From Epiperipatus broadwayi (lineage: Eukaryota; Animalia; Onychophora), in assembly GCA_028023455.1 (NCBI GenBank), contig JAQFVV010000008.1, forward strand, positions 7,378,001 through 7,442,000: a stretch of DNA of 64,000 nt, read 5' to 3'. The notes beneath the pieces are model-generated. The model saw only the letters and a program-made list of their open reading frames with translations. It did not search any database and was not told where the DNA came from. Positions 39,600-51,816 of this stretch are shown here, piece by piece (positions within the stretch are counted from its first letter, which is position 1; every line of letters starts with the position of its first letter). Position numbers and translations under genes: made by a program.

Positions 39600-40585
39600 A
39601 AGGAATTAACTATGAAAAATATAATATTGTAACAAATTAAAGTCAGTAAACATGAATGTGCGTATATACATGCCCACACATATATGTAAAATTTTAATCA
39701 TTTATTGTATTTTATATAATAATTCAAATATGTCTAAGAATTATATTGCACATGTCTGCATATAAAAATAAGTGTCAAATAGACACATAAAATTTAATCA
39801 TTTTTTGTTTTTGTCATTATTGAATGTTAATTGAAATATATATAAATATGTCTAGGAATTATATTGCACATGTCTGCATATAAAAATAAGTGTCAAATAG
39901 ACACATATAAAATTTAATCATTTTTTGTTTTTGTCATTATTGAATGTCAATTGAAATATATATTCATATAATAATAAAATGTGCAGCTCTGTGCATATAT
40001 ATGTGTGTTACATGTAAACCTCTATATAGTAACTTGAATTTTGTATATTAATCATGTAAACCACAATGTAATAATTTTTTTGTAGTATGTTAATCAAAAT
40101 TAGAAGGCATATGTGTATGCCATATTCTAGAGACCTTAACTTCATTTTTTTAATTGTAAACATGTATTTAATTATTAAAATTATTCCAGTGACTTAATTC
40201 TAAAGAGTTTAGAATATTGTTTGTTTGCATCATCTCTTGATCATTGTAACTGTTATAAATCTCATATTTATTGAGCTAGATTCGTGCATAATGGTCTGAT
40301 ATATAAATGTGGATATATTTAGTGCTTAAGGGGCATCCAATATGATTGATATACCCTGGGATGGAGCTAAGATTATATTCTTTAAGGCCTGTGCACTACA
40401 TTTTATTTAGTTTAGTCTATTAGAAATTAAGTTTATAGTCTGCCAGTACACTAATGTACTAAATGGCTAGAGCATTGATGATGATCAGTATGTTTAATAT
40501 CCCAGTATTATTGTTTCTGATTATTATGTTTTCTGATGGATTAGCACTTAGTTTGTGCATCCAAATTATGTTTAAATAATTGCTT
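39600..40585 (-). repeat. Second, inverted copy of repeat family 3, with a 118-bp tandem duplication at 39726-39963
   Basis: Reverse-complement homology to 28040-29050; AAATATGTCTA.GAATTATATTGCACATGTCTGC starts at 39726 and 39844. Confidence 0.75.
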
Positions 40586-40865
40586 AGATTGAAAATATTA
40601 TTATGTTTTCAATTTCATTCTCATAGTTCTGTAGTTAAGTAGAGATAAAAGGAGGCTGCTGGAGGCTTGTATTAGATCCTAAGATTTACATGCAGTGCTC
40701 TCAGATCCAACGCTCCTCACTGATGAAGGTCACAAGCCAGAAACTAGTCTGGAGATATTGGATGAGTATCACTAGATGGGGATTTTATGCACAAGCCTTC
40801 TGGGATCCATTGATTACTCTGGTTGATGGCACTACTATATAAGGGTTTTGCCTGTTTTATATTGT
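40583..40865 (+). mobile_element. Partial copy of retrozyme-like family 1
   Basis: Collinear with 10160-10440 (GCTTAGATTGAAAATATTATT...GTGCTCTCAGATCCAA...GATTTTATGCACAAGCCTTCTGG). Confidence 0.85.
40713..40754 (+). ncRNA. Type I hammerhead motif with intact catalytic core
   Basis: CTCCTCA-CTGATGA-AGGT CACAA GCCA-GAAAC-TA-GTC-TGGAG: CUGAUGA, GAAA and GUC triplet all present. Confidence 0.7.
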
Positions 40866-42626
40866 AACTACAAAATATGTAATACATAATTGCATACAAA
40901 CATCTATATGATAAGATTGAAAATGAATATCTTACTTTTAAATCTTTTTTTTTTTTGGGGGGGAGGGGTTTCAGATTAATGAAATGTTTTATTTTATGAG
41001 CTTTCACTCAGAGATTTCCATTTATGAAGCAGCTATATCTTTTATCACATTTCACTACAACTATCCAAGCATAATCATGTGAACATGTATATAGGACCTT
41101 CTATATTACTAGAATGTATGAGCAACCTGGTTAACTGATTTTTTTTTAAACGATATGAAAAATAAGGAAAACATTGTTTTCCTCAGTTAGTAGAATTCAG
41201 CAAATGCAGAATTCAAATTTATTATACTAAACCGTTTTTTTTACTGTGAAATTATTTTTTTGTATGTAGTATGAGTTTCCATGAATCTAAAAAAGAAAGA
41301 ATTCCTGAAATTCTCCATTATCTGAGTGAATCTAATGAAATTCATGAATAATGAGTACAAGAACAAAAAAATTTCTTCAGTATAAGATAATAAGCTAAAT
41401 GAAATTTTATATAAGTGTGACAATAGAATAAATCGTTTTAAAAGAAATATATAGCAATGGTAAACTATAGTCTGTGCTAATGAAGTTATTGCTTGATGTA
41501 GTAACATATTGCCTAGATATCTTACTCTGTCTTTGGGCAGAATATGTGCATGCATTAATATAATATACAATATAAATTCTGCATATCTATGAAATATTGT
41601 ATATGCTTGAAACTTATTTGCAAATAACAGATATGTAATATTTCCATTTAGATTCAATTTTCTTTTTCATTCACTAGCAGAATTCTATTAATAATGTCAA
41701 TCTCAAGCATTTCATTGTATCTGAAGCTGCAATATACTTATTCCAGTGTTTGAATTTTTTCTGGACACTTGTGATAGGACTATATCAGAATCCTTGGAAT
41801 ATTTTTTTAGCTATTGTTCTTTTTTTGTTGGTGATAATCCTTAGACTATTTTTTAGCTATCATTCTTTTTTGGTGAGAATCATTGTATTTGCATCCAGCA
41901 GGCATTTTTATTTCTTTTATATTATTAAAACTAATAATCTGAAACTCACAAACATCTAAAGATTTTATACTTAAGCTAATTTGCTTGTGTAATTATATAT
42001 ATCTGATACTAGGCCAATAATTATATCATTTAGTTATTTAGTGATCTCCATTTTAATTTTTTTTGATGATTGTAGACTTTGATCCTTTGGGAAAGATACA
42101 AAGCATGATATAATTTTTTCTCCTTATTTTCAAAATGTTTATTAGTGTTTATATTTACTTAAATGTATAATAAATGGCTTTGGAATACAGTAAATAGAAT
42201 GAATTATTGGTCCTAATGCAGATATTGAAAATAAGCAGAGAAAGTCATGTGATTCATTATTTAATATATATTTTGTTTGTAGATCGTATAAATCAGTAAA
42301 CCAAATTCTCACATGTTGTCTTATCTATAAGTATATCAGCAACCATCTAAAAGAATTGTGCTTTATCATTGCTAAAAATGATTTAATTTGGGATTTTTTG
42401 GACTATCAACAGTAATTTACAAATGTTTATGGCTATATTATCTCTGTATATTCTTTGCCCGCTTTGTTCATGATCCAATATATATAATTTAAGATAATTT
42501 TTTTAATGAAAAATAAAAATTGTTTTAATCAGATTCAAAATGACCGATTTAAAATAGTATTTAATTTAACACCTTTTGTTGTAATTTTTATCTATCAAAC
42601 AACTTAGTGTATTTGTTTCTTTTCAG

Positions 42627-42684
42627 ACCAGCAGATATTGGGCTTTTAGCTGTAGCATCTAATAATGTTGTAACGTTAAATAAG
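42627..42684 (+). CDS. SRP72: SRP72 exon 9 (PADIGLLAVASNNVVTLNK)
   Basis: ttttcag acceptor, gttagc donor; P.D.xLLAVxxNN...NK motif. Confidence 0.94.
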
Positions 42685-42840
42685 GTTAGCATTGTCTATT
42701 TTTTATATTGATAGTATATACATTTTTTAAAATATTAAATAAATATAATATATTTTAGAAAATAATGTTTTTGATTATTTAATAGCAATAATTATTATTT
42801 ATAATACTTACTATTGTTATTGTTATCTTTGTTATTGCAG

Positions 42841-42972
42841 GATCAAAATGTATTTGATTCTAAAAAGAAGATGAAGATTGCTACAGCTGAAGGTTTAGAT
42901 CACAAACTCACCAAATATCAACAAAAATGTATTGCCTTTAATCAGTGCCTGCTTTTACTTCTCACAAATCAA
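42841..42972 (+). CDS. SRP72: SRP72 exon 10 (DQNVFDSKKKMKIATAEGLDHKLTKYQQKCIAFNQCLLLLLTNQ)
   Basis: ttgcag acceptor, gtaatt donor; diagnostic DQNVFDSKKK. Confidence 0.96.
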
Positions 42973-43128
42973 GTAATTTTTTTGCCATGATTGTTGATTT
43001 TTTTTGGGATAATATTATTTCTGAAATATATATACAATATGTATTATATGTATTGCATGCAAGCTTTTCTGAACAATGTTTGCTTTTTTTTTTTCTGATA
43101 GTATTATTACTGAATATATATATTATAA

Positions 43129-45145
43129 CGATCGAAATGAAAGTGAAGATCGAATCTAACCGCAAAATACGATATCTGCTCTACAGGGCGCCATCTAGGC
43201 ATTTAAACCTAGAAAAATTTATAGAGTAGTCAGATACGCGCTGTTAAGATTCCACTTTATTTAAATATTCAGATCGTTAGCCCAAGTCACTAGCTCAGTG
43301 GAGACGCAGAGATAAAAATCTATATCTTAATTTATATCTTAAATATAAATAAATAAAAGCCACCGCCAGAAATTAACACATAAAAATATTTATTTACGCA
43401 CATATAAAATCATTCTAATTTGAGGAATAAGTTTAACATTTTAGATTTTTATATTAACTTTTAATTTTACATTTAACTAAGTTTCAATGAGTTTAATATT
43501 TTATTTAGATAGTCGAGGATGAATAGACTACATGGATCTGCATTTGAAAAGAAAATATTCTTCCCTGATTTAACCTTAGGCAACAAATTTCGCAATCAAA
43601 CCGGCGCCAATCCATCTGATGCATTTATGTATTCAATGTAGCATGAAAATACGACAACACAAAATAATATACTGTCAGGAATGTACATCTGATCAGTAAG
43701 TAGAATTAGAGAAGACATTGTCTCTCCACCAACAGGAATGTGACATCTGTTGGCGAGTAGAACAATAAACATAAAACTCCATAGGAATGGACTGCGGTCC
43801 TTTGCCGTCTTACAAACCCATCCATAGGCAAACAGAAGGTGTGTGGCGTGCCCGTAGCGGATCTCATACTACATCTACAATTTCACAAATATATCCAATC
43901 CATTGAACCAGTTCAACTACGAAATGAATAACCTAAGATTACCCTCCCTTAATATAATTTTACAAAACTATATAGCCATTCATGCCCGACTTAAATTTAA
44001 CATTTAAATACGTTCGCACAGATTATTTTTATAAATTTGTTTTTAAAATGTTGAGTATAGATCGGCTGCACAGATTCCACAGTCAAAAACATCCAAATTA
44101 AACACAATCGATCAAAATACAAAATCATCAATAACGTCAATTGCAAAAGGAATACACAAGGCCCCATGGCATTCATCGTAAGATGCCCGCATTAACATCG
44201 TTGACCTATATATTCTAATCAAATGTGAAAACTTCAACATAATCAACCGCTAACGAATCTATGCAACGTCTATACCCAACCTAAATTTCATCATTTAAAA
44301 TTTAAACAATAAATAATTTATACAATAAGAAAAAAAAAAAAATGGAAATGATTTTTAGCAATCGGAAAACATATAAAATTAAACATTATTAATTTGATTT
44401 TAACCTTTAAAAAGTCAGATAGAAGTTCATAAGCTTGAACGAAAGTTCTTAATTATTTTTAAATATAGAGTGCATGTCAATATAGCTTACGGTAGAAGAG
44501 TCCAGGTTTCTGCTTTTAATTCTCGCGACGCCTCCATTGGAAGATAATGTTCTGGAGATGGCAATAGCTGGTTCAAGGTATCACAGTCTTTTCATTTTTT
44601 TTTTTTTTTTTATAGAGAGTGTGGTATGTGTGTCCTACCACATCTCTCAAACACAAAACGCTGGAACTGTCAGAAAAAACTGTCTTTCCCTTTTTATATT
44701 ATCCACACGGATTCAATCAACAAAACGTCACTAATCCATCACTTTCGTGGCCGAGCCAAGGCTTAGTGCTTCCATTGGTCAAGCTAATTTCTCTTTATTT
44801 TCTTATCTATCTTTCATCAGATCATTTTAATTATACAAGAGCCCAAGGCTAGCTTGCTTTTCAAACGATTTATAAACAATCATTTCCATTTACAGATTAC
44901 AAGAATTAATTAATACCTGTTTTTATTTTTAAATCTTGTACTTTTTTTATAAAAAAGTACTTTCAAATACTTATTTATTTGTTTTTTTTTTTTAAAAAAA
45001 AATATTTTTAAAGTTTGGCATCTGTGCGAATGTATATACGTTTAACAAACATTTTAATTTTAGCGTTTAGTTTTTTACTTTTATTTGCGAGATTTTAAGT
45101 TTTTATTTTAAATTAATGTAACGACATATTTATATATCGTTACAG
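43129..45145. promoter_or_regulatory. CpG-retaining island in SRP72 intron 10 (candidate regulatory region or nested promoter)
   Basis: Dense CpGs against depleted flanks, CCAAT/ATTGG boxes, CTCF-like GGCGCCATCTAGG at 43187-43199; no TIR/TSD recognised. Confidence 0.45.
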
Positions 45146-46299
45146 TATATTGCACAAAAGTTTTTTTTTTCACACACATTGCATGAAGATGAGAGATTGT
45201 GTCTTCAAAAAATATATATAAGTAACTTAATGCCTACCAAATTCATAATTTGAGGTTCAACTTTAAGTATGACAAAACTTTGGATTTTGTTTAACCTTAA
45301 GATTTTTTCTCCAAGTAACTATCTAACTATCTAATTATTGGTTGGAAAATGGATATTTAATTATTCTTAAGTAGATGATAAAACAAAGATGGAAAATTTT
45401 ATAATCACTCTTATCCCATCCAACTAATAGTAAACCTAAGGAATAATGTCTTCTTTTCTATTGTTTATCTTTGAAATGCTTTGGCTGTTTCAATCTACAA
45501 GAATTTAATTAAAATGTGTGATTTTAATTGTTTGTTTCCTCTTCAAAAATGACTTAATTAAACTAAATATATGGATTAATCATGCTTATTTTGTTATATT
45601 TAAGTAAAAACTATATAACAATAATGTATAAATAAAAATAAAGGTGCTTAGTGTGTGTATAAAAAATTAGTCAATATTGAAATGCATTAAAGATTCATTC
45701 TAGAAAAAATTAATATATGCAATAAATAAAATTATGCAAATACAAAAATAAACTAGATATGACAATAATGAAATTATTTATGCAAATTAGGTCATGTAAA
45801 ATAAAACTGAGTATCTAAAACTGTGGGGGAGAGAGAGAGAATACAGTGCCAATATTTGTGCAAGCCGCAAAATGCTTGTAAATTAGCATCATATGAAATA
45901 TACTGAAGAGAACAATATAGTGAAAGGCTGATGGAGAAGAGTTAATAGAGTAAAGTGAAGTACTGTAATAAGAAAATGCAGCATTATAGTTCAACACTAT
46001 AAAGAAATATCATGCATGGATTGAGACTGAAAAATGTTCAATTTCAGGAGAATGCAAGATTCTTAATTTGTATCTATGAGTTAATTTATGGAATACAGCC
46101 AGCAAGCCATTAAGAATTTACTAAGAAGTACTAAGAATTTACTAATATTATATTTAGAGAAATAAATCCTTTATTAAATTTAAAATTTTGAGAGTGTATT
46201 ATTTGTCAAAAGATAATTTAATGAGTACACAGCTGAGTTTGATGAATCTGGCCCCTTTACACATCAGTTGGCATAGTCTGTAGGACCTGTATAAAATTT

Positions 46300-47350
46300 T
46301 AGTTGGCAACATGGGCATACAACCCAACATAGCAATGCAGAACAATATGATAAGACCATTCAACATAAACAACTCAGCACAATGGCAAATATATGTTAGT
46401 CATATTGAAAGATACATATTAATAAATAACATTGTGGATATTGGGAACAGATATGATTCAAATAGTTAATTGTCTGAATGATTTGAAAATGCCTGAAGAT
46501 ATTTTTTATGAAGAGTTGTTACAAAAATTAAATCTATATTTCAAACCAACAACTTTGAAATAGAATTCTGGTACTAAATGAAAACATATAACAGTGTGAT
46601 ATTGTACTACGATAATTAACAAATGAATGTGAGTTTAATGATGAGCTGCAAAATGTGCTATTAGATTAACTGTTATGGGGCATGGGAAACTTAGATAAAT
46701 ATTACTAAGTGAATCTACATTAACTTATACTGCTGCCATTAAAAGAGGAATGGCATACAAAACTGTTCTAGAACATAGAATAGAATTTTAAAATACTGTT
46801 AGATGTAACTAAATCAACCACATCATTTAACAAGGTGAAGGTGCAGATGACTGAAAATATTAAACAGGATGTCTGCACTTGCTACGGCTGTGGGAAATGT
46901 GTAAATTTTGAAAAGAGATGTGTAAATAACTGTGGAATGACAGGTTATTTGTCAAAAGTTTTTAAGAACAAACAGAATATGACTAAGCTAGATTTATCTA
47001 CCAATAGTAAATCAAGGGAGGAGTATTGAAGAGTTAGCGAATGTCAAAAAAAATAATGGAAAGTGAATATATATGCAATATATTAGATGTCAAAATTTGC
47101 AACATTTTCAAAATGGAAATTGATTGATTGCTTTAAAGAATTAAATAGCTATTAATAGGAAATAAAATAATATTTAAATCAACTTCATTGCTATAAATGT
47201 AAATAGGAATACGATTGATATAAAAGCAATAGTGTTAGTACTGGTAAAAGTAAACAGATTGGTAAAAAAATTACTGTTATTGAGATGTAATTGGTTCAAG
47301 TGTGGGAATTACGATTAATATTATTAAAAGAGTACAATTAGAAGTGGAAA
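46300..47350 (+). mobile_element. Decayed Gypsy-type gag-protease relic
   Basis: YEELLQKLNLYFKP, LTNECEFNDELQNVLLD*LLWGMG, zinc-knuckle-like CYGCGK...CGMTGYLSKVF, then FKMEID. Confidence 0.7.
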
Positions 47351-47694
47351 TAAGAAATAAATATCTTCAGCTCTTTAAAAAGATGAAACCTAGAGGTAGA
47401 ATCAATAGATAATGCATAACAATTTACTAATATTATATCCAGAGTAATAAATTATTTGTTAAATTTAAAATTTTGCATATTATTTTCCAAAAGATAATTT
47501 AATGAGGTGTCTTCTGCACATTATATTTAAATTAGTTATTTTTCTTTTATCTATATAAAAGATTTATATTATTAATACTTATATATATTAATAAAATAGT
47601 ATAACATTGCATCAAACAATAAATAACACTAGTATCTGAATATTTAATGTAAATTACTATCATCATTTTAGTACTAGCATATATATATATATAT

Positions 47695-49511
47695 TGTACC
47701 GGACGAAAGATTTCGGTTTTGCATATACTGACCACAAGGGTGCCACTAGTCCAAAAATCGAACTAGACATTTATTTTAAGGGTGGACAGGATATACGAAC
47801 CTGAATGTGCCGGACTAGCTCAATCAAGCAAATGAGATCTTATGTTTTGTTCAGAAAGTTGGAAAGGTAGCAACAGAAAACAAAATCAGCTAAGTAAAAT
47901 GAATAAATATTTTATTAGTAGTATGATTAAATAAACATAAATCTAGATAACAAACTTTAAAATCAACTTAAAACATACTACTCATACGTTTGTCAAAAAA
48001 AACTAAAATATTTTAATATGGTTTAGAGAGCGATTTCCTGTGCATGATATATCGGAAAGAGTGCAAAATACAGACAGTAGCAGAAGTACTAGTAAGTATT
48101 CAGTGATCTCACATAAGAAAAAGGGGGGAGAGTTAGCTTCTTGCTTATAACCCACAGTTATGAAAAGACTGAGCTTATGCCGAAACAGGAGACATGCGAA
48201 AGTAGCTTCCAAAACATTATCATAAGAAGAAAAAAAAAGGGTGTTGAAAGTTATTACTTTCAATCAATTGACCTCCATCACAGTGAGACAGGCTAGGAGC
48301 TCATGATCTACCTATTGAAAGGGTTAAAATGATCGTACGTGCCCCTAATAAATGAATGGGAAGCTTGAAGGAATAAAAGTAATGGCTATTATATTTTTTA
48401 ATATTCTATTACAAATAATTATAGTTTCACGACATAAGTAGGACTAATAACAAAATGGGTCACGAGCTAGAGGCTAATTAAAGTAGTCTGTAATATCCAG
48501 ACTGCTCTCTATAACAAAAAGGAATGTGAGATTACAAATAAAACTATACTATCTTACTTACTAAGATTTAAACGGAACATATAGCACTGGTTTGAAATTA
48601 GCACTCGTTTAAGAGAAAATTATCAACACATAGAAACCGAATTACATAAAATAAAATAAAAATTTGAAGCATATGTATATTTAAAAGAAAACAAATTTAA
48701 GACAATAAAATTATTCAAACTGTAGAATGTAAGGTACCTTAATAAATAAGTTAAATATTAGTGCACTAGGCTTGTTGAGTGTAGTCCGTTGGTTTGAATT
48801 CCCTCATGGTAGGCTTGGGCGAGTCGGTTAGTGGTTTTCTTTGTAGTTGGTTCGATGGCATTATAGGCGGTTAATGCAGACACAGGGAGCACGAACCTGT
48901 CCTGGCGAAAAGCTTAGTAAATCATGATGTGAGAAAACATCTTTGTGGTAAGTTTAATGTTCATTCTAAATAGAATAATTGCAGGATCAGCTTTCTTTCA
49001 GAATATGCAGGAATCGTTCTTTTCTCAGAGTTTTTGCAGGAATAGTTTGGGCAAGTATTTCTCAGAGTTGGTGCAACTATATCTCAGAATTGGTTTAAGT
49101 TTCTCAGAGTTGGTGTAAGTATCTCATCGAGTTGGTGTCTATCTCTCAGAGGTAGTGTATCTACAATAACCTGATTAAGCCTTTTATAGCTGAATCTCAT
49201 ATCTGAACCAATTATAAAACTTTTTTTCTTAATTAAAATTTATAAAATTCTTCATCTATCTAACAATAGCTATCTAATTAAAGAAAATAGATTGCCTTTT
49301 ACGGATCTAGGATTAACAAATAAAAAATTCTTTTCTTTCTTTTTAATTAATTCTTCTTATCAATCTAAATCCTAAATCTAAAAAGCAATTCATTTATACC
49401 ATTTACTTTTACATAAATAAATAAAAAAATAATCTTAGTCTCTTTTTTATATATCAAAAGTAAAAACTAAATATAACTGTGGTATTAAAATATAATTTCT
49501 ACGTACATACA
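47695..49511 (-). mobile_element. Probable relatively young solo LTR (about 1.8 kb)
   Basis: TGTA...TACA termini, TATAT on both sides, retained CpGs, minus-strand TATAAAAG at 49181-49188, array of CTCAGAGTTGGTG repeats at about 49020-49160; boundaries lie in TA microsatellite so the TSD is weak evidence. Confidence 0.45.
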
Positions 49512-50228
49512 TATATATTTGTACAAACATTAAAAAAAAACTTTTAATTAAGTATTTCAAACAACCAAACTTATAAAAATTTATTTTATAGCCCTGTACA
49601 CTTTAACTTTGTAATAATGTTTTAAGCATCCATTACAATATAATACATAAAATTTTGTTCTTTATTAATAAAATGTATTATTAATAAAGAACAAAATTTT
49701 ATTTGTTATATATGACTCTTAATTTAAAATACATCCTTTTTTAAAATTTATAGCTTGTATATGAAATATGATTTCATCATATAAGTTAACAGTTAATGCA
49801 AGGGGAAAAAATTAACATATAATTTTTTGCTTTTCATTACAGGATTTCTTATTTTTAAATGTTATATCTTTATAACTGATTATTATTAATTTGATATATT
49901 TTAATTCTCTTAATCTATTAAATATTTTAATTTGTTTATAAAAGTGAAGATTTTTATAATAAAAAATTACTTGTATTGTTATGTTAAGTTTGTGATTAGT
50001 TTTAATGGTCTAAAAAAATTGGTTATTTTAATCTTTAAAAATATTTTATTTTAGATGCAGATTAATGTTTTTAATATTTATATTTTGTTATGTGCTTTTA
50101 CTAAAGTTTACTCTCATATTTTTTAAAATTTTAAATATACTGATAAGTAAATATTAATTTAAGTTTATTGTGTAATTTTTATTTAGTTCTTTCTATTCTT
50201 TATAAATCTGATTTTAATTTATTTATAG

Positions 50229-50357
50229 CATGATCAATGCAAAAAAATGATAAAATTATTGCAAGCCAAGTACCCTAATATGTTGGAGCCAGTTCTCATT
50301 TCAGCAGCTGAATATTGCCGCAATAATAATTTGAATTCTGCTGTACAGATTTTACAG
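50229..50357 (+). CDS. SRP72: SRP72 exon 11 (HDQCKKMIKLLQAKYPNMLEPVLISAAEYCRNNNLNSAVQILQ)
   Basis: tttatag acceptor, gtataa donor; 129 nt open and in phase; resembles QC.K....L...YP....PVLI.AA. Confidence 0.9.
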
Positions 50358-50432
50358 GTATAATATGCTTAATTTAAACTAATTTGTGTAAATTGAAATA
50401 ATTTTGTTTGATATTTTAATATTATTATAAAA

Positions 50433-50545
50433 ATGAACTAACAATAAATATGCCCTTGGATCTATATTACAATAATATACATAGATAATAGTATGTTATA
50501 TACTATTGCAATATAATCCCAGGGGCATACTTGCTATTAGTTCAT
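50433..50545. repeat. MITE-like fold-back
   Basis: ATGAACTAACAATAAATATGCCCTTGGA...TATTACAATA pairs imperfectly with TATTGCAATATAATCCCAGGGGCATACTTGCTATTAGTTCAT. Confidence 0.65.
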
Positions 50546-51479
50546 CTTTGTAATATAAAGATGCAAACTTACTGTTAGATAATTAGTTATTATTATTCAG
50601 TAGGTTTGAGGATGTTTTAAATATGGTCAAGATATTTTAGTAAATAAAAATGCTCAAAAACAAACAATTTATATAATAAGCCTTCTTAAACAAACTGCAC
50701 AACATTGGCCAATAGTATATACATTTAGTTATTATAACTTTAGTTTTTAATTATATATATATATAATATTGTCAGACTTTCTCATTGAACACTAACCTAT
50801 TATATAGAACATTTATTCAAAGCATTATTTTTATAGGGAAAAAAAATGAAAGCAATTGACAATATTTTCTACAAACAGACTGCATGTCAATAATATTAAG
50901 GTAAATAGCAGCTTTTAATGCCCAATTAGGTCTTTATTTAATGTCATATTTTAACAACTTTATTGTATTAAAGTACTTACATTTCAATTGGGTGCTCAAC
51001 TACCATGGCAATTTGATTCCATTTACAGTGGAAAAAATGAAGTTTTCATGAAGCACATATGAATTCATCTAGCATCAAAGAATTCAGCAATAATTTACCT
51101 ATCATTAGATAGAATGTCCAATTTTATAGTGCCAAACTAAATTGTTTCCATTCATCTTTTAGTAGCTTATAATGATATAAAAGTATCAGCTAATAGATAA
51201 ATAATCTTTTTAAATCAAAATTTTTGTCAGACAAGCACAGAAAATTTATTTGAATAATTTTAGAATGACTTTTTTTTCAAAATAGAAAAGTCATCTTTTA
51301 AAATATATTTTAATCTTAATTTGAAATTTAATCTAGATGGCATGCTATTTTGAACTGCAGAATCTATCAGCTCCTTTTGTCATATTCATTTATTTTAGAA
51401 TCATAAGAGTAGCTTTTATTAATGCTGCATATATAAGCAAATAATTTTAATAAAATAACTTTTATCTCTAACGATTCTT

Positions 51480-51597
51480 AATTAAATCAACAATATAATA
51501 TAATATAAAGTATCTTCATATAACAGCAATAATATATAATTATAATAATGTTATTGCTGTTATATAAATATATTTTATATTATATCTTGATTTAATT
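51480..51597. repeat. AT-rich fold-back hairpin
   Basis: AATTAAATCAA...ATATAACAGCAATAA vs TTATTGCTGTTATAT...TTGATTTAATT. Confidence 0.65.
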
Positions 51598-51816
51598 AAA
51601 TATATGTAAAAGCAGCATAATGGATTAAATTTTTTTCCATTTTTGATGATATCTAACAATAAATTTATTATTTAATTTTTTAAAGAATTACTTTATTTAA
51701 GAATGTAAATTAATAAGTAATATAGGTACAAAATGCTAGTTGATCAATATTTATAATGTGACATTAGCAAAAAATTAATAGTGTAAAATATTGAAAGTTA
51801 ATATCAGAAGTATCAT

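Noticed and set aside
7086-47735. Most remaining 60-140 aa ORFs in the six-frame track
   Set aside because: Low-complexity I/F/L/Y/K-rich translations typical of AT-rich introns, with no domain or splice support
50837-50900. AG...G|GTAAAT-bounded segment with the phase expected for SRP72 exon 12
   Set aside because: Two in-frame TAA stops and no similarity to the expected SRP72 continuation. The alternative 48-nt version (QLTIFSTNRLHVNNIK) also lacks similarity. Exon 12 is probably beyond the window.
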